A stretch of DNA of 39,355 bases from Catajapyx aquilonaris. Its lineage: Eukaryota. A program made the position numbers and the translations under genes. The notes beneath the pieces are model-generated. The model did no database searches. It was not told where the DNA came from and was given only the letters and a program-made list of their open reading frames with translations. Location: the NCBI GenBank assembly GCA_000934665.2, contig KZ538941.1, forward strand, positions 1 to 39,355. Direction: 5' to 3'. Positions 11,561 to 25,066 of the stretch are shown here, one piece after another. Within the stretch, counting starts at the first letter, position 1; each line of letters opens with the position of its first letter.

Positions 11561-13886
11561 AAAATTGATATTTTTAAAAGGAACCTCTAAGAGACCACAT
11601 GCCTATCAATGGGAAACCTACACGTCTAAAAACAATTTTGACCGCAGTCACTGCAGATGGCAGTCAATCCGAATCAGTTGCTCCCTACCTACCTAGGAAG
11701 ACGCTGGGAAGGACAGCTCCTAATTCTGCTGTCTAGCAGGAGTATAGGTGGTATAGGTGAAGTGGGAAAGCAGGTAGGATGGCAGCAGTAGCCAGCTGGC
11801 TGGGGAGGCAGGAGCTATCCAGGCCTAGTGATGTGCTACAGGCAGCAGACACCAATTATAACAAAGTTATTTGCCTCAGAGATCACTTGGTTATCAAGGA
11901 TACAAGTGGTTTTTCCAAGCCCTTGGCATAGACACACCCAAGTCCTGTAAATTTGACAATGGATGCAAAATTTCAACACTTGTGCATGTGCATTATGCAA
12001 AATTCTGCAAAATTGGTATAATGCTACCCAAGAATATCAGTTTAAGTAATGCGAGCCATGGCTCCACTGCTCCATTCCTTAAACAATGACATGATTTCAG
12101 TTTTCCAAAATTTTCTGATAGGCTCTAATAGGAAGCTTTAAAGTGGCTCCTACAACCCTGTCGTACCTCTGACTTGATCCTTAATCTGAGATAGAAGTAA
12201 CTTAAAAATGTTCCCCATTACGATACAAGAATGTAGTTAGTAGGCTATCATTGTGGGAAAACACTTAATTTATTCATGGAATAGACAAAGTTGACAAATT
12301 GGCCCACACAATTTTCTCTACATGCTGGCAGCCAATCACCTGCAAGCTTATGCAACAATTCCAGAACCCTAAGAGTGATCTGGTCATTGGGCAAGTTAGC
12401 GCAACAAGTAATCACAAAATAGTATGGGAGATACGCAGTAGAAGGGCTAGTAGCAGGACCAGATTATGGCTAAAACTTCATTAACAAAATCGAGCTTTGC
12501 ATTACTTTCAGAGCACATGTTGCACAGACTTGCACTACAACTGTTTCACACTCTGTAAACAGATCCTAAAGATGCCTTTCATGTTATGAAAGAAAGACTG
12601 ACCCAAGTTTATGTGAATGTACTGAAGAGCACAGCACACCCCATATGCAAAACTGCCTGGCTCAATCAAACATAGAACTCTGGTAGAGCACACTAAGGTT
12701 GGATTGTCATCTAGTTGGGCACTGAAGACATTCTCAGCTTATTTCTTTACAGGAAGGGCTAATGTTTCAGCAAGTTCAGCTCAAAAAATCTGGAAAAATA
12801 TGCTGATTTCAAATGTGCTGTCATTTTCGGCAACAAACTTAAGCAAAATGTTTCAAGCAAAGGAAGGTTTTCCTTTTTATACCTTGTTGCCCATCCCATA
12901 GCAGTGAGTAGATGAAACAGAACTGAGTGAGAAGAGACAGTGGCAATCGACAGTGTTATGCTACTAGAAAAAAGAGGCCAACATAATTCTTCCTTCCCAC
13001 CAAGCAGATCAGCCATTCCCACTGAGCTAACCAGGTCACCAGAGCTGCAGTGTGTTGATGGTGAGCCAATAACTGTGTTGCTAACTGCCAGGTACCACTT
13101 GCCAGGTATATTACAACTGAACATAATTTGCTTATGCCATCGACAATGTGACCACATATTTGGAATAAGCTTTTTCTTCTAACATTTCGAGCCCAACTTG
13201 CTGAGGTATCAAACCCTTCTTTTAACAGGAATTTCAGCTAATAGATGGAGCTTCCCAAGTTTCCAGGAAGAGGTCCCATTTCCTAATGACATTCAACATA
13301 AAGAACAACTGTTTCCGGCTGCTAACTGCACTATGCTTTGAAAACATTTATGGCCTATTCTCATACGTGCACAAGTCAACTTTTCATCTGTTCACATGCC
13401 TATTTGTACCCAGAAAACAACCTTTACAGGTAGAAAATCTCTCCACATATCTGGGTGACCCCAGTTGGTTCACCTCACCAATCTGTGCAGATGATCAGCA
13501 AAGTCTAGTTAATTTGATCTTTCCACGTAGAACAGTCATGCTCCCACTTCTTAATGGTATTTCTACCTCGATGCAGACTACTTGGTTGTTTTAACAAAAT
13601 AAAATATCTGCAATGTGCAATATGGTCAAGTGTTGCTTGTCTTGCTCCATTAGACTACTACAGCCTGGTCTGAACTCCAAAATGTAATAGTCTACAGGAG
13701 CCAGACAAGACACGCTCAATTTCTTGTTCCTTGCAGACACAGCTCTTTTGCTAAAAAAAAAAACTACTGGCATGTGGACATTTTCATGTCAGGCAGGAGC
13801 CAGGTGAGTCATCATCTTTCCTATTCTTCACCCTTGTTTTCTCCCTCCCCTCTTCTTACAGCATCGTGGCCTTAGTTTCATTGGAT

Positions 13887-13922
13887 TCTCTCTCTCTCTC
13901 TCTCCCTCTCTCTCTCTCTCTC
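13887..13922. repeat. (TC)n microsatellite
   Basis: Directly visible TC dinucleotide run with one interruption. Confidence 0.95.
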
Positions 13923-15418
13923 CCCCCCTCCCCCCATTTCCCTCCCTGGCCTTGGGCATTACGCCTAATCCACAAGCAGTGTAAAAATCACAGTCACATC
14001 AGTGATTTCTTACCATCCTGCCATTATGATGGTCATTGGAACATATCCCACCTCCCATATCACCTCCCCCCAAATGACTCACCACCTTCTCTGGGATAAG
14101 CATGCTTCTCCCCATTCCCTTCATCAACTGAAGGGCCCCCCAAATTTTTCCACACTATACAAGATAAAAGTTTATCCACCTTGACAGTGGCCTGCTACAC
14201 CCAAGGACTTACACAATCAGACCCTAAATGTGTGCAACAAGTGCTGGATCACTGGCCATTCCCTTACATGGGAAATAATTGTGGAGAGAGATGGATATGA
14301 TAAGTAACACATTTTCACTTTCTTCTTCCTGCATGTGCACCAAGGATTGGCTGGGAGGAAAATGATCCCCAAATCCCCCAATTGAAGCTGTAAATGCCAG
14401 AAAGTCATTTTGGTCAATGAAGGTGGCAAACCTGCCAGATATGTAGTCATTTTTCTTTACACTTATTATCACGATTATAACGCAAATTCATGCAATCACA
14501 AGGATCAGATCCTCTGTTACATATGACTTTCAATTCACCGCATATTTTGTCACTGGTATTCCACACAACAAAAAATTACTCCTACATAAGTCAATAGCAT
14601 TTTTTTCCACATAACCAAAGACTACGCATCCACTAAGCTCCTTATGGCCTAAATGGTTGTCATCTCACTTCCTCTTCATATGCATGTTGTTCGATATTGT
14701 CACTTAAATGTGGTGAACAAGACCCGAGTTGTGGAAGCTCAACGTTCAATACATGTAAATATTTTACCTGGCTTTCTTTCTCGGCCCACAATTGTCATTT
14801 ATGTCAGATTAAGTCAGAGGTACCAAATACACATCACATGTTGATAACCCACCCCAACTGAGATCGGCACCCTTTAGTTTAATCTATAAACTTGATGGTC
14901 AAGTGTGTGCCTTTGGAAGAGTGTAAAGAACTGAAATTAATTTAACTTTGGTTATAACAGCAGTCAACTATAGCATGATTCACCCAAAATCCACAGGACA
15001 CAAAACGATATGCACACATGCTCATCAGACCATGAGCCTAAATCAGCTAACATGATCTACTAATCGATTTTAAAATGCTTAACTTATCACAGAACTCCCA
15101 GTCACACAAACAGTAGGTAAAACATAAGTAAATGAATGGATGATAATTACCTTGTATTTGCACAATTGAAGCCATGTCAAAGTCTAGACCTATGCAATTA
15201 AAATGTGACGTGAAAACCAGTGCAAACATAATGTAAGACACAATAAATAAAACAAATTCGTAAACTGAGATGTACATCTTCGGTGGATAACATGGGCAGC
15301 ATTGTTTTCTTCTCATGATTCAATGGTTCCTGTAAGTGTCTCATTTCAAGTTCCCATTATCAAAAGTGCTACAAGTGGTGAAACAAGCATTCACCTTCTT
15401 TAGGTCAAAGCACCTCTT

Positions 15419-16543
15419 TCAACTCTGCTTCACTCTCTTACGCGGGGGTCCAATTGGGGGGATTTGTTGTGTTGCGAGTGCACGAAAAGCCTCAGCAATT
15501 AAGTGTGGGTGAGAATGGATCATAGACTTCCACCCTGTAGTGTCCATAACATCAGTTGCATGGGTGTTGATGAAGTCAATAGCTTGGGCTTTTAGTTGAT
15601 CAGCACTATGAAGGTCCGCCAGGATCAGAATGTCAGCAGCATTCTCAATGGACAAGTTGGTACACAGTGCCTCTTCACACATCACTTTTAGCCGCTCGAG
15701 AGCATACTTGTCAGCTGCCGCCAAGAGATCATCTGCCATTTTGTCCAAATTGACAGCCTTCCCTGTGTAAATGAATCGAAGCATCTCCCGCAGCACCTCA
15801 TGATCAACATCAGTAATCTCCACACGGTTGTGTTTGCGCTCCTCCATTTCATGTTCAAACATGGCAGCAAAAACCGGGCTGCGTGCTGCTAATATGGCCT
15901 TATGAGCTTGAAACTCCCTTCCAGAAACTGACAAAGTCACATCACTAAACTTCTGATTTTCAAAGAGCATGCCAAGATCATCCGACAGGCGGCATTCAGG
16001 CACCTTAAACTGTACTGCATTGGATTGACCTGAGATGTTTACACTGTCTGCTACAACACTCACTTCACAAAATATGGTCAACTTGTCATCTGGAAGAAGC
16101 CCATTAGCTTCATCAAATAAAAAGTCACGCCTAATGAACTTCTTGAATCCCCAATCTTTTCCCTGCACAAACCTGTAAGCTCTCTGGCTTTCCATAGCCT
16201 TTGTTTCCTCCCTCTTGGCATTAAGAATGGAGAACTTGAACTTGGCCCGCACTTCTGACTTGTTACAGGAGACTAGGAGTAAATATAATGACAGGTAGTC
16301 TTTGCTTTCTTCGTCTAATCCTTTGGGATTGACACGCAAGCACCACTTCAGTTTGTCATTGGCCCCCGCCGAAAATGTTGAGGACTTGAGAACCTCACCC
16401 ATTTCTTCTCTACAAAAACTGAAGTTATTGATGGTCCACATGTAGCTAAATTTCACTACCTTTACTTGTGTGTAACACCAATTCTCTGCCACTGGGGTGT
16501 TCACTTCAGGTGGCGGAGGGCTTGGCACTCGAGACACTGCCAT
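15419..16543 (-). CDS. rdx: Roadkill/SPOP, MATH-BTB Cullin-3 substrate adaptor, 374 aa, core CDS in one exon
   Basis: [28 protein letters not shown] start, MATH domain ([29 protein letters not shown]), BTB domain ([23 protein letters not shown]), BACK-like helices and C-terminal [12 protein letters not shown]. The exon extends in frame to a TTTCTTTCAG acceptor, exon start 16617. Confidence 0.98.
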   Translation of the reverse strand: MAVSRVPSPPPPEVNTPVAENWCYTQVKVVKFSYMWTINNFSFCREEMGEVLKSSTFSAGANDKLKWCLRVNPKGLDEESKDYLSLYLLLVSCNKSEVRAKFKFSILNAKREETKAMESQRAYRFVQGKDWGFKKFIRRDFLFDEANGLLPDDKLTIFCEVSVVADSVNISGQSNAVQFKVPECRLSDDLGMLFENQKFSDVTLSVSGREFQAHKAILAARSPVFAAMFEHEMEERKHNRVEITDVDHEVLREMLRFIYTGKAVNLDKMADDLLAAADKYALERLKVMCEEALCTNLSIENAADILILADLHSADQLKAQAIDFINTHATDVMDTTGWKSMIHSHPHLIAEAFRALATQQIPPIGPPRKRVKQS

Positions 16544-17620
16544 GTTCGGGGTGTTGGTGCTAACTCGATCAGCTTGCCCTGCCAGGTTTACCGGATCTTT
16601 GACACCAGCAAAGAAAGCTGAAAGAAAGTAGATTAATGAATTTACACAGGTAAAACTTTCAATGACATGTTAACCTTCTGCTTCTTGGGTATGCCTTAAA
16701 ATGCACATATGGAAAAAATTCACATATTTGATTCACAGGTGAAATAAATCTTCTCAGTGGTGATATCACATGCAGAGTGCTAGGCTGCTTTGCCAAATCC
16801 ACTTTATGCTTGACAGTATACATGTGTAAATGTGGGCAAGATCATAACATGTATCACAATGATATTCAATGCTGACAGTGACTGGCAGAGCAAGCATTGC
16901 TGACAGGATTGGCTTGCGAGAGACTGCCAGTAGGTGGTTGTTTCTTCCCCAGAAATATCACACAAACCCGGTCATATGGAACACCCAGACAAGCATGCTC
17001 TTGATGGAGGTTGAAAATTTTTTTTTCCCAAGAGGAAAACTTGTTAAAATTCATAAAATAATTATTCTCATACTGCACCGGTTGTGAGAGAATCGTCTGC
17101 GACCTAACCTTCCATGGTCTTGCAGGGCATCCCTTGGCCAAACTTTTAAATGTAACCTTGTCTTTCACATGTCAATAATGAAACATCAGCAAGTGACTTT
17201 TGCTGACCCCTCCCCTGTAAAACAAATTAGCAAAAGGGGACCATCCAACAAGAGTTAAAACACCTAAGCCTCTACAGTGATAAACCCTGTCATTTTATAG
17301 CTCTACCTGAGTTACATATGCTATAGAAAAAAAAATATATCTCAACATAGCTAAGGATATCAAGACGGAAAAGAGGAATGACTCCCATCTTTATCCCCTT
17401 AAACCATAAGAAGAAGATACCGACAATAAATTGTTCCCATTCAACCTGAATATGGTCACCAAGGTTGTGAATAACCTTGCTTGACTGATGGGGAAGCCAT
17501 TGAATGCCATTCATTTTGCAACCAGGGTTGATATCAGCTATAAATAATGCAGCTGCCTGGTCCAGTTCAGTCATGTTTTGAAGTCCTTTTATGCATTTTA
17601 CTTGCACACAACCCCTTTTA

Positions 17621-18319
17621 TGAGGGTTGGATTTTAAATAGTGGCTACCCTGTTCCCCTTGTGCACGGAAACGCGGTTATGGCTTCTGCACAAGAAGGGA
17701 GATCCAGACAGATGTTGGGTTTGTTCGTGTCAGTTTGGACCCAATTGTGCTACTGGTGACGGTGACAGGGTAGATCAAAGGCGCCACATTCTCATGCACC
17801 ACCCTAAGACATGGCATCAAAGTTAGAACAGCACTTTTGGTTGAATATCGAGGTGGCGAGAGGCCATGACAATGCCCAGTACTACCACGACTTGGAACAC
17901 CATATGAGACCAGTGGTACGATGCAAGCGACCACACTTCCTGAACACCAGCCCTATCGGGTTTACATGTCGCAGCTGCAGTGAGAGTATTGCTTCGTTGG
18001 CAATGGGAAACACTGGAGCACCCTCCCTACGCTCCAGGCATGACCCTTGCGATTTTGATTATTTTGTTCACAAAAATTAAGGAATCAGTGCGAGGAAACG
18101 TATCCAGAGAATTGAAGCGATAGCACACGCTTTAGGGCGGGTGACTGCAGATATCAACAAACATCACTCTGCTGACGTCATCTAATGCCTCCCACATCTG
18201 GAAAGGGGTCATGGAGTGCAGGGACAACTACCTTGAAGGAATGTATATAACAAATTTGTCCATTAAAGCTTTCTTTTGAAACGGTCGCAATGTTGCCACT
18301 ATTTAAAATCCAACCCTCG
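17621..18319 (+). mobile_element. Internally deleted mariner element
   Basis: TIRs TA-TGAGGGTTGGATTTTAAATAGTGGC ... GCCACTATTTAAAATCCAACCCTCG-TA. Contains transposase N-terminal (EQHFWLNIEVARGH) and C-terminal (PCDFDYF...LPHIWKGVMECRDNYLEG) remnants with stops and frameshifts. Confidence 0.9.
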
Positions 18320-18445
18320 TAAATGCAAAGGAGCCTTCGTGCCCTAGAAGACTACGTCAGGGTCACCTGCCTGAATATTATCTTTAAAAAAACTAATATC
18401 ATGTACTTCAAAGAGGCTGGTAAGTGTCCTATAATATCCTTTTGT

Positions 18446-18721
18446 ACCGAAGCAGGTTGGCATAGTGGATAAGGCGTATGACTGCTAATCGGGAGGTCCT
18501 GGGTTCGAATCCCGGGGCCGGCAACTCTGACCGTGGTTTTCTGTGGTTTCCCACGATCCTTCCAGAAAAATTCCGGAGTTGCTTCCGTAATTAATAGGCC
18601 ACAGCCGCTTCCTTCCGTCCCTATCCTATCCCAAAGAGCGCAGTAAAATGAAAAGCAAAGTTCCAGACAAAACAAACTTCCCCCCTAAAGAGCCGATGGC
18701 TGATAACGGGGTATGAATTAT
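18446..18721 (+). mobile_element. tRNA-derived SINE (family B) with 16-bp TSD
   Basis: tRNA-like head (GCATAGTGGATAAGGCG...GACTGCTAATC...GGTTCGAATCCC), GGCCACAGCCGCTTCCTTCC body, and TSD TATAATATCCTTTTGT at 18430-18445 and 18722-18737. Confidence 0.9.
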
Positions 18722-19029
18722 TATAATATCCTTTTGTTGGGGTGAATCCCCATTGCTCTGAACCAGAGCTTACACTTATCTGGGGGTCCCTTTTACATCC
18801 ACCGAGAAATTCACACGGCTGGGCAACATTTCAGAACGAAAGCGTAAGTTGCCATCAACAGTTTATGGCAGGTGTTAATGAAGTTAAAGCTAACCGACAT
18901 CCATACAGCCATTAAATTTCCAAAGCTCAAACCATTCCTACCCTGTTCTATGGGTCCCAAGGTCAGGGCATCTCTCATATTAATGTTACCGATCAGGTTC
19001 ATTAAAAACAAAAGTGACGGTATAAAACG

Positions 19030-19255
19030 AGGTCGGCCAGCATGCCGGTATAACCTGGGGCTGGCCGGCATGCGGCAATAACCGAGGTAGATTTCCATAA
19101 TTTTGATCTTTGCCAAACTTTTTTGGAATGCTTCTGGTACCATACTAAAATGTTACAATGAAAATGTGTGTGTGTACAGGCTGTGAGAATATGTCAGTTC
19201 TGTTGCACAGTGCATTAAAACAATGTAGAGTGTATGACCAATCCCATCGTCAGCC
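19030..19255 (+). repeat. Dispersed repeat fragment with an inverted copy at ~29055-29260
   Basis: Shared blocks include GATTTCCAT(A/C)ATTTTGATC, GGTACCATACT, TGTTGCACAGTGCA and ATGACCAAT.CCATCGTC. Probably an old DNA transposon. Confidence 0.65.
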
Positions 19256-21440
19256 TGCTTTGACAGGGGAACCCCCTGCTCTGACATACTGTTTAACCCA
19301 GATATGCCTGGAAATGTTTTTGTTGAATTTTTGAACTTTTTTTGTTTCTATTAGTTCATGTCAGTTCCCAAAACACAAAAATCGAGATAAAACATTTTTC
19401 TGAATTCTTGTTTGTGAGAAAATGGCAGTTCCCTATAATTATGGGATGCTAGGAAAATGTAACCTAGTATGGCTGTAACAGTTGTTGATTACATTACCAT
19501 GGCAACAGTGACATTCAGCAATATCCATAGTTTCATAATATCACCAATGATTGATTGTTGTCGATTGCATTGCCACGGAAACAGGCCGTGCAAAGAAGGG
19601 GTTTGTGATTGAGTAACAATCAACAACAATCAAGGGTTGTTGCAAAGGTTGCCATGTTAATCAATTGCCATGTAATCTCGTTTTAATTGAATGGATTCAT
19701 TAAAATACAGTTCAACAAAGTGTACAAAATCCACACACATACTTCACTTGCCCAAATGTGGGTGCATTTGCCTCTTGCGTTCACCAGAAGGGACACCGGA
19801 TTTCAACACTACTCTCAGACAAGGAAAGTAAAAAATATGCCTATATTTCCACATCGACATCATCATTCATAAGTTTTCTAAGTATTACAAACAATAAAAA
19901 CTGATAACACTAATCAATATTCGAGAATTGGGGAGGCAAAGTGATGAAGCCCATTGCACAACAGCTAAAATAGCTATCTTGCTAATATTTAAATTTGGAC
20001 AGTAATCAGTCAAAGAATTGCTTGCCTCTGATGTCATATCACCAATGCATGAATGTGTCTAAAAAATTTGGCAAGCTTATAACACTAAAACCCTATACTT
20101 GTAATTCAAAATATGAATTACCTTATACTTACCATTAACTTGTGAATAACTCTGGGCTGATAGTGTTGCCCAGAAAACTGATTCTAGTGCTTGACATCCA
20201 TCTGGTAAATGTTGGCTTTGATGACGACAATCCAGAAATGTTCTTGAAAGAGTCTCTTGAAACCTGTAAAAGTCATTGCTGTAAGTTCAGAATTCAAAAA
20301 CCCTGCTTCCAAGTTCCAAATTCTAAACCCAGGTTTCATCGTAACATATGAAACTTTCACTTACACTTAAAAATCTTTTACTGCCATTCTCCTTGGCATT
20401 CCATATAACATGTTATGCTAGGGTACATTTTATTTTTGTACAACAATGTCCAGTGATGGGTAAATTGTTCATGTAAAACTGGCAATGTTTCAATTACCAT
20501 ACCATTGCACAAAATCAAACTACAACAGTAGCGCAGTGATATCCTAGTTTTACAGAGAAATTGGAGCTCCTTACCAAATTCATCTATGTCATTTTGCTCA
20601 TGACTGGATCGCTGCAGCCAAATAGACAATTTGAGTTACAAGGTACTGACCAGTTCACTGAAAACAGTTGTTGATGTTTCTGTTCCAACATAATTATGCT
20701 CTAGTGGACTTTAAGACTAGGTACAAAGCACATGTATGCTAATGTATATAGTCGACTCCAAAATAAGAGCCTCAGTTATAGCCAACTTGAAAGGCTGGAC
20801 ATGGCATACTTCCATGTATGGCCTGTGTATTTGGATATAGGAAACCTCGGTTATAGGATACTGATTTCTGTGGTCCCTTGAAGTCTCTTAGGCTGGCCAC
20901 AAACAGGTCACTTGGAGTGAGGCAACTTGGTGCTGATATCCAAGTATCATGTTTGCCCGCTAGAGGGCAGGCTTGTTGCGGCCATGTGTGTTCAAGATTT
21001 CCCCAAGTTTCTTGAATGCAAGAAACCAGTCAACTTGTGGGCAGAGTTTCCTGAAACATGCACTGTTTTCATCCCAGCAGTGTTGCTCATGCAACAAGTT
21101 CCTCCCGAATTCCCCATTTGCACCCAGCTTTATATTCTGAATCGACTGTATTAGGATTGGAGAAAAAACACCCTTGGTTTTTCAGCTAATTTGCAATAAT
21201 CTTGCAACATCCATCACCTTCAGCTTTTTGGCAATGATTATACCTTAAAGCACACAGTGAGTGCAAACCCAATCTCCACAAAGAAACCCAGTGCATATCT
21301 GGAAATACTGTCTATTTCTGAATATCATCCCTACACTATTTTAAAATTGCATTTGTGGATAAACTGGAATGCACCATTTTAAATGTCTGGTGACAAGTAT
21401 CAATATGCATTATGCAATCACTTTGTGTCCTCTCATGGAG

Positions 21441-21754
21441 GTGCTGCCCAAAACAAGGGAAGGCTGTGAAGAAGGCTGGCAAGGCACAGAAAAACATATC
21501 CAAGTGAGGCAAACAGAGGACGTGCAGGAGGACGGAGAGCTATGCTATCTACAAGGTACTGGAAGCTGGTCCACCCAGGCAAGAACATTTCCTCAAAGGC
21601 CACGGCCACCTTCAACAGCTTCGTCAACGACATCTTTGAGCCCATAGTTGCCGAGTCCTCCTACCTGGCCCATTACAACAAGAGGTTCACCATCACCAGC
21701 TGAGAGATCCCGATCACTATCCAACTCTTGCTGCCTGGAGAGCTGGCCAAGCAT
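21441..21754 (+). pseudogene. His2B: Histone H2B pseudogene
   Basis: Across frameshifts it translates to ..[30 protein letters not shown]...[51 protein letters not shown]. The start is mutated to GTG, there are internal stops and indels, and it is truncated before the C-terminal helix. Confidence 0.93.
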
Positions 21755-24644
21755 ATCTCATTGGGGACCTCCGTGCAAGCCTCTGCCAACCCCTTTCCCC
21801 ACCATGGAGATATCCATTGTTCTATTTGAGATTACCGTACACCATTGTATTAAGAAAAGTCCTGATCTCCTCATGAAGGAATGCAAGCATACTTGATTCA
21901 CACCTGTCAATATATTTAGCCACTCAATGCTTCTATTTCTGTGGGAAGAAACCAAAGCAAATCCGACTATCTGGCTCTTAAAAGTTACATGGGTGTGCCA
22001 GATGGAAGTAGAAAAGATGAGAAACAAGGGAGAGGAAAGACTGGTATCCCTATTTGATGGTCTCCTACCCCACAAAGACATTTCCAGCTTCGGTGACTGT
22101 GCCAGTGGAAACGCTACTGCTGATATAGCTCTCTTGGAGTCACCAGAGAAACACAAGCCTCCCACCCCAGTGGTCATGGGTATGTGTGTTTGATGGTGGT
22201 GGTTAACACACTTGGTGCAAGAATCTCCTTGGCACAATAATGATATACTCGTTCAAAAGATGCAATGATACACACAGCTTGCATTGCGATATGTGAATGT
22301 TTTGATGATAAAAAATGTTGACAATCATCGTCATGAAAATTAATTATTACAGCCCCTCCATCCATGAAAGAGGGTCCAGTTACCGTACTTTCAGCTAGAG
22401 AATAGCAATGATATCACAGAATTTTCGTGTCGTCGTGCACGTGAATCATAGTGCTGCTGTCTAAACCCATTGATAATTACATTATGGAAGCTGAGTGGCC
22501 TAGTCAGGATATTCCCTATTATTCATGTAGTACATGACCAAATCTAAAATCCTGCCGTCACACATTGCAATGACACATCCCAATCAAAAATAATGCAGAG
22601 GTCTGGAAAGTGCAACACTTGGAACTGAAAAATTAGGTTAGATGTGACTTCACACGTTCACATATCCTATTTACTCGAATCTAAGATGCCCTTTCGTTTC
22701 TTTTTTAAATACAGGAAAAAAGGACCATGTCATTGCTGACATTGTTGACATTCATTGTTGCCCATTGTGCCATAGCAGCATTATCTGATTACAGAATTAA
22801 TACTTGATCGCATATAAAAGCTAAAGAGAACTTTTATCAAGGTTGATTATTGTGCCAGTTCTTGCCTGTCTCAGACCTACCCTTTTGTTTGCAAATTTAA
22901 AAAATCAAAACATTATCACATCGTTGCAACACCGGAGTCCAAACCATGGTCCAAACACACTGTAGGCACGTCTTTTGTTTTCTGATATGCATTGTGTCAG
23001 GGTCCAGAGATATGTAAGTACAGGTAGGCCTCATTTTATGACCCTGTTTTGCTGAAACCTAACCCTGTCGTAAAATGGGGCTTACCGCAGAGTAGAATTA
23101 ACGCTGCATTAATGGCCATTTCACAAATTCGCCAACCAGGAAGTTGGGGAAAAATTGGCCATGAGGGACATGATGACGAGAAAAATTGTCCCAAGAAGAT
23201 GAAAATGTGATGCCACAGATTCAAGGGTGTAACTTTATTGATTTTGAGGCAACTTGCTAATGCGCTTAATTTCTTTTTCATAGTTGAGCATCGTCGGATT
23301 ACCCTGATATAGCCAAGTCTCGTTTATTACATAATTTTTGCGGATTGATTCCACTATGTACAGAATTTGTTACAGGCTGAATTTGCAATACACCTGCACA
23401 GTGAAGAAAACTGGCCTGAGAGTATTCCAGCAGACTTCTTAACTGTGCAGGCATACTCCTAATTCCCACTGCTAACTGTAGGTCCACCATAACATAGTAC
23501 GCCTACATGACCATGAACGAATGGGTCATAACACCACTCCCAAATCACTAACTACCCTGTGTAACTTGAAACATGGCTTAGAGTAGTGGTAAGCCTAGTT
23601 CACATCTCTTATGTATGAGGGGTATAAGTTGTTGTAAGTTACATCACAAAAGTCTTGAACAGTCCTAGCAAGGATCCAACCCGCAATTAGCGAAAACATT
23701 AAATGGCACGTTAATTAGGAACACCCAGTTTAATTCAGCTGTCGACATGATTACAAAGTCAGTGTAATTTCTAATGCAACTCTGACTCCGAAGATCGTAA
23801 CTGTTTTGTGGGGAGGGAAGAGATGTTTAAATGAAACCCCTGTTTTGACGAAGCACCCCTTCCTTGAAGGCCACAAGGCCAAAAATACTGGGCTGTTATT
23901 ATGTAAAATTTTTGATGTACCATTGACAGGCATCAACATGTCCTCACAGCCAACATCCAAATGACCAACTGCTCATTACACAACGGAGACAATAATATGC
24001 ATCACATGCACAAATCAGAATGCAAGGACAATACAACACCTTGCCCTCTCTTCGAAATGCTTTAGGCCTACTGGGCGATACGCACAACTCTTGTTACCAG
24101 CATGGGCCTGGCGCAACACAGCTGCGAACCATCACAAAACCTTTGTATCCACCACAACACTGTTGCTTCTGGCACGACACCATTACATAACGCACACTAC
24201 CTCATGCCCACTCCTGAACCTAGGCCTGGGCACAGCATATGCAACTGGTACACACCATACCCATGCCCCCAAAAACTCACCTATCAGCTCCAAGCCTGAG
24301 AGCCTCCTCTGGCCTGCACATTCACCACACTTCCCAATTTTCTCGCTCTCTTTCTCCTGTCTTGGACTGTGTCCTTATTTTGGGTACAGCCCACCACTGT
24401 AGGGGCCACGGGGAGTGGAGAAATTTGAAACCGAGCAACGACCTTGGCCGGAGTGGAATGGGAATAAAAGAGTGTGGATCGATGTGGCAGCAGCTCTCCC
24501 CACCACCTCCTCCTCCAGCTCCCCCCCCCCCCTCCCTATTCAACCTCCACACCTCCCCTCCCCTTTTCGCTCTATCTCACCACCCATTTTCACTGTTCTC
24601 AAAAACCTCCTTCTGATATAAATAACAATGCAAAAATTGCTTAC

Positions 24645-24985
24645 GTGAATAAGCCTATCCTGATTGCGCATGCAGGGTTGCTCCAACAGGGACACACGGG
24701 TTGGTTTTTTCACACGTCGACCTCTTTCGTTGACCTTTTGTGGCTGAGTCTTTCATGGCGATTGTTGCGAGTGGCTACAGAGGGCAGGACTGTGCGGAGG
24801 GAGAGAGTGATCCTTTCTCTGGAGGTGGTGGTGGTGGACTTGGTGGGTCGGTGGGGGTAGGGGGTAAACACAAACATGCCAGAGGAGGACGGCCAGAGCG
24901 GATTTTCTTTCTAGGTAGTGCGCTGGTTTGGTTCCTTTTTGATGCGGCGATGCGCAGGAGTATCATGTGATGTGCGCATGGTTGA
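24645..24985 (-). promoter_or_regulatory. Candidate promoter and first exon of rdx/SPOP
   Basis: CpG-richer unique segment with TGCGCA(TG) NRF1/Ewg-like motifs (~24665, ~24951, ~24973), ending on the minus strand in a strong donor CAC|GTAAGC (GT at 24644-24643). The link to rdx is inferred only from position and strand. Confidence 0.35.
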
Positions 24986-25066
24986 TTCAGGAAAACCCGC
25001 TCCTGTTTGAAAGAGAAACAAAATGTATTTTTTTCTGGTATTGAAAATGCTCAATTTCTCGACTTG

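Noticed and set aside
11870..13600. Possible decayed transposase or RT fragments (GIDKVDK, CADDQ)
   Set aside because: These are single short motifs without supporting context.
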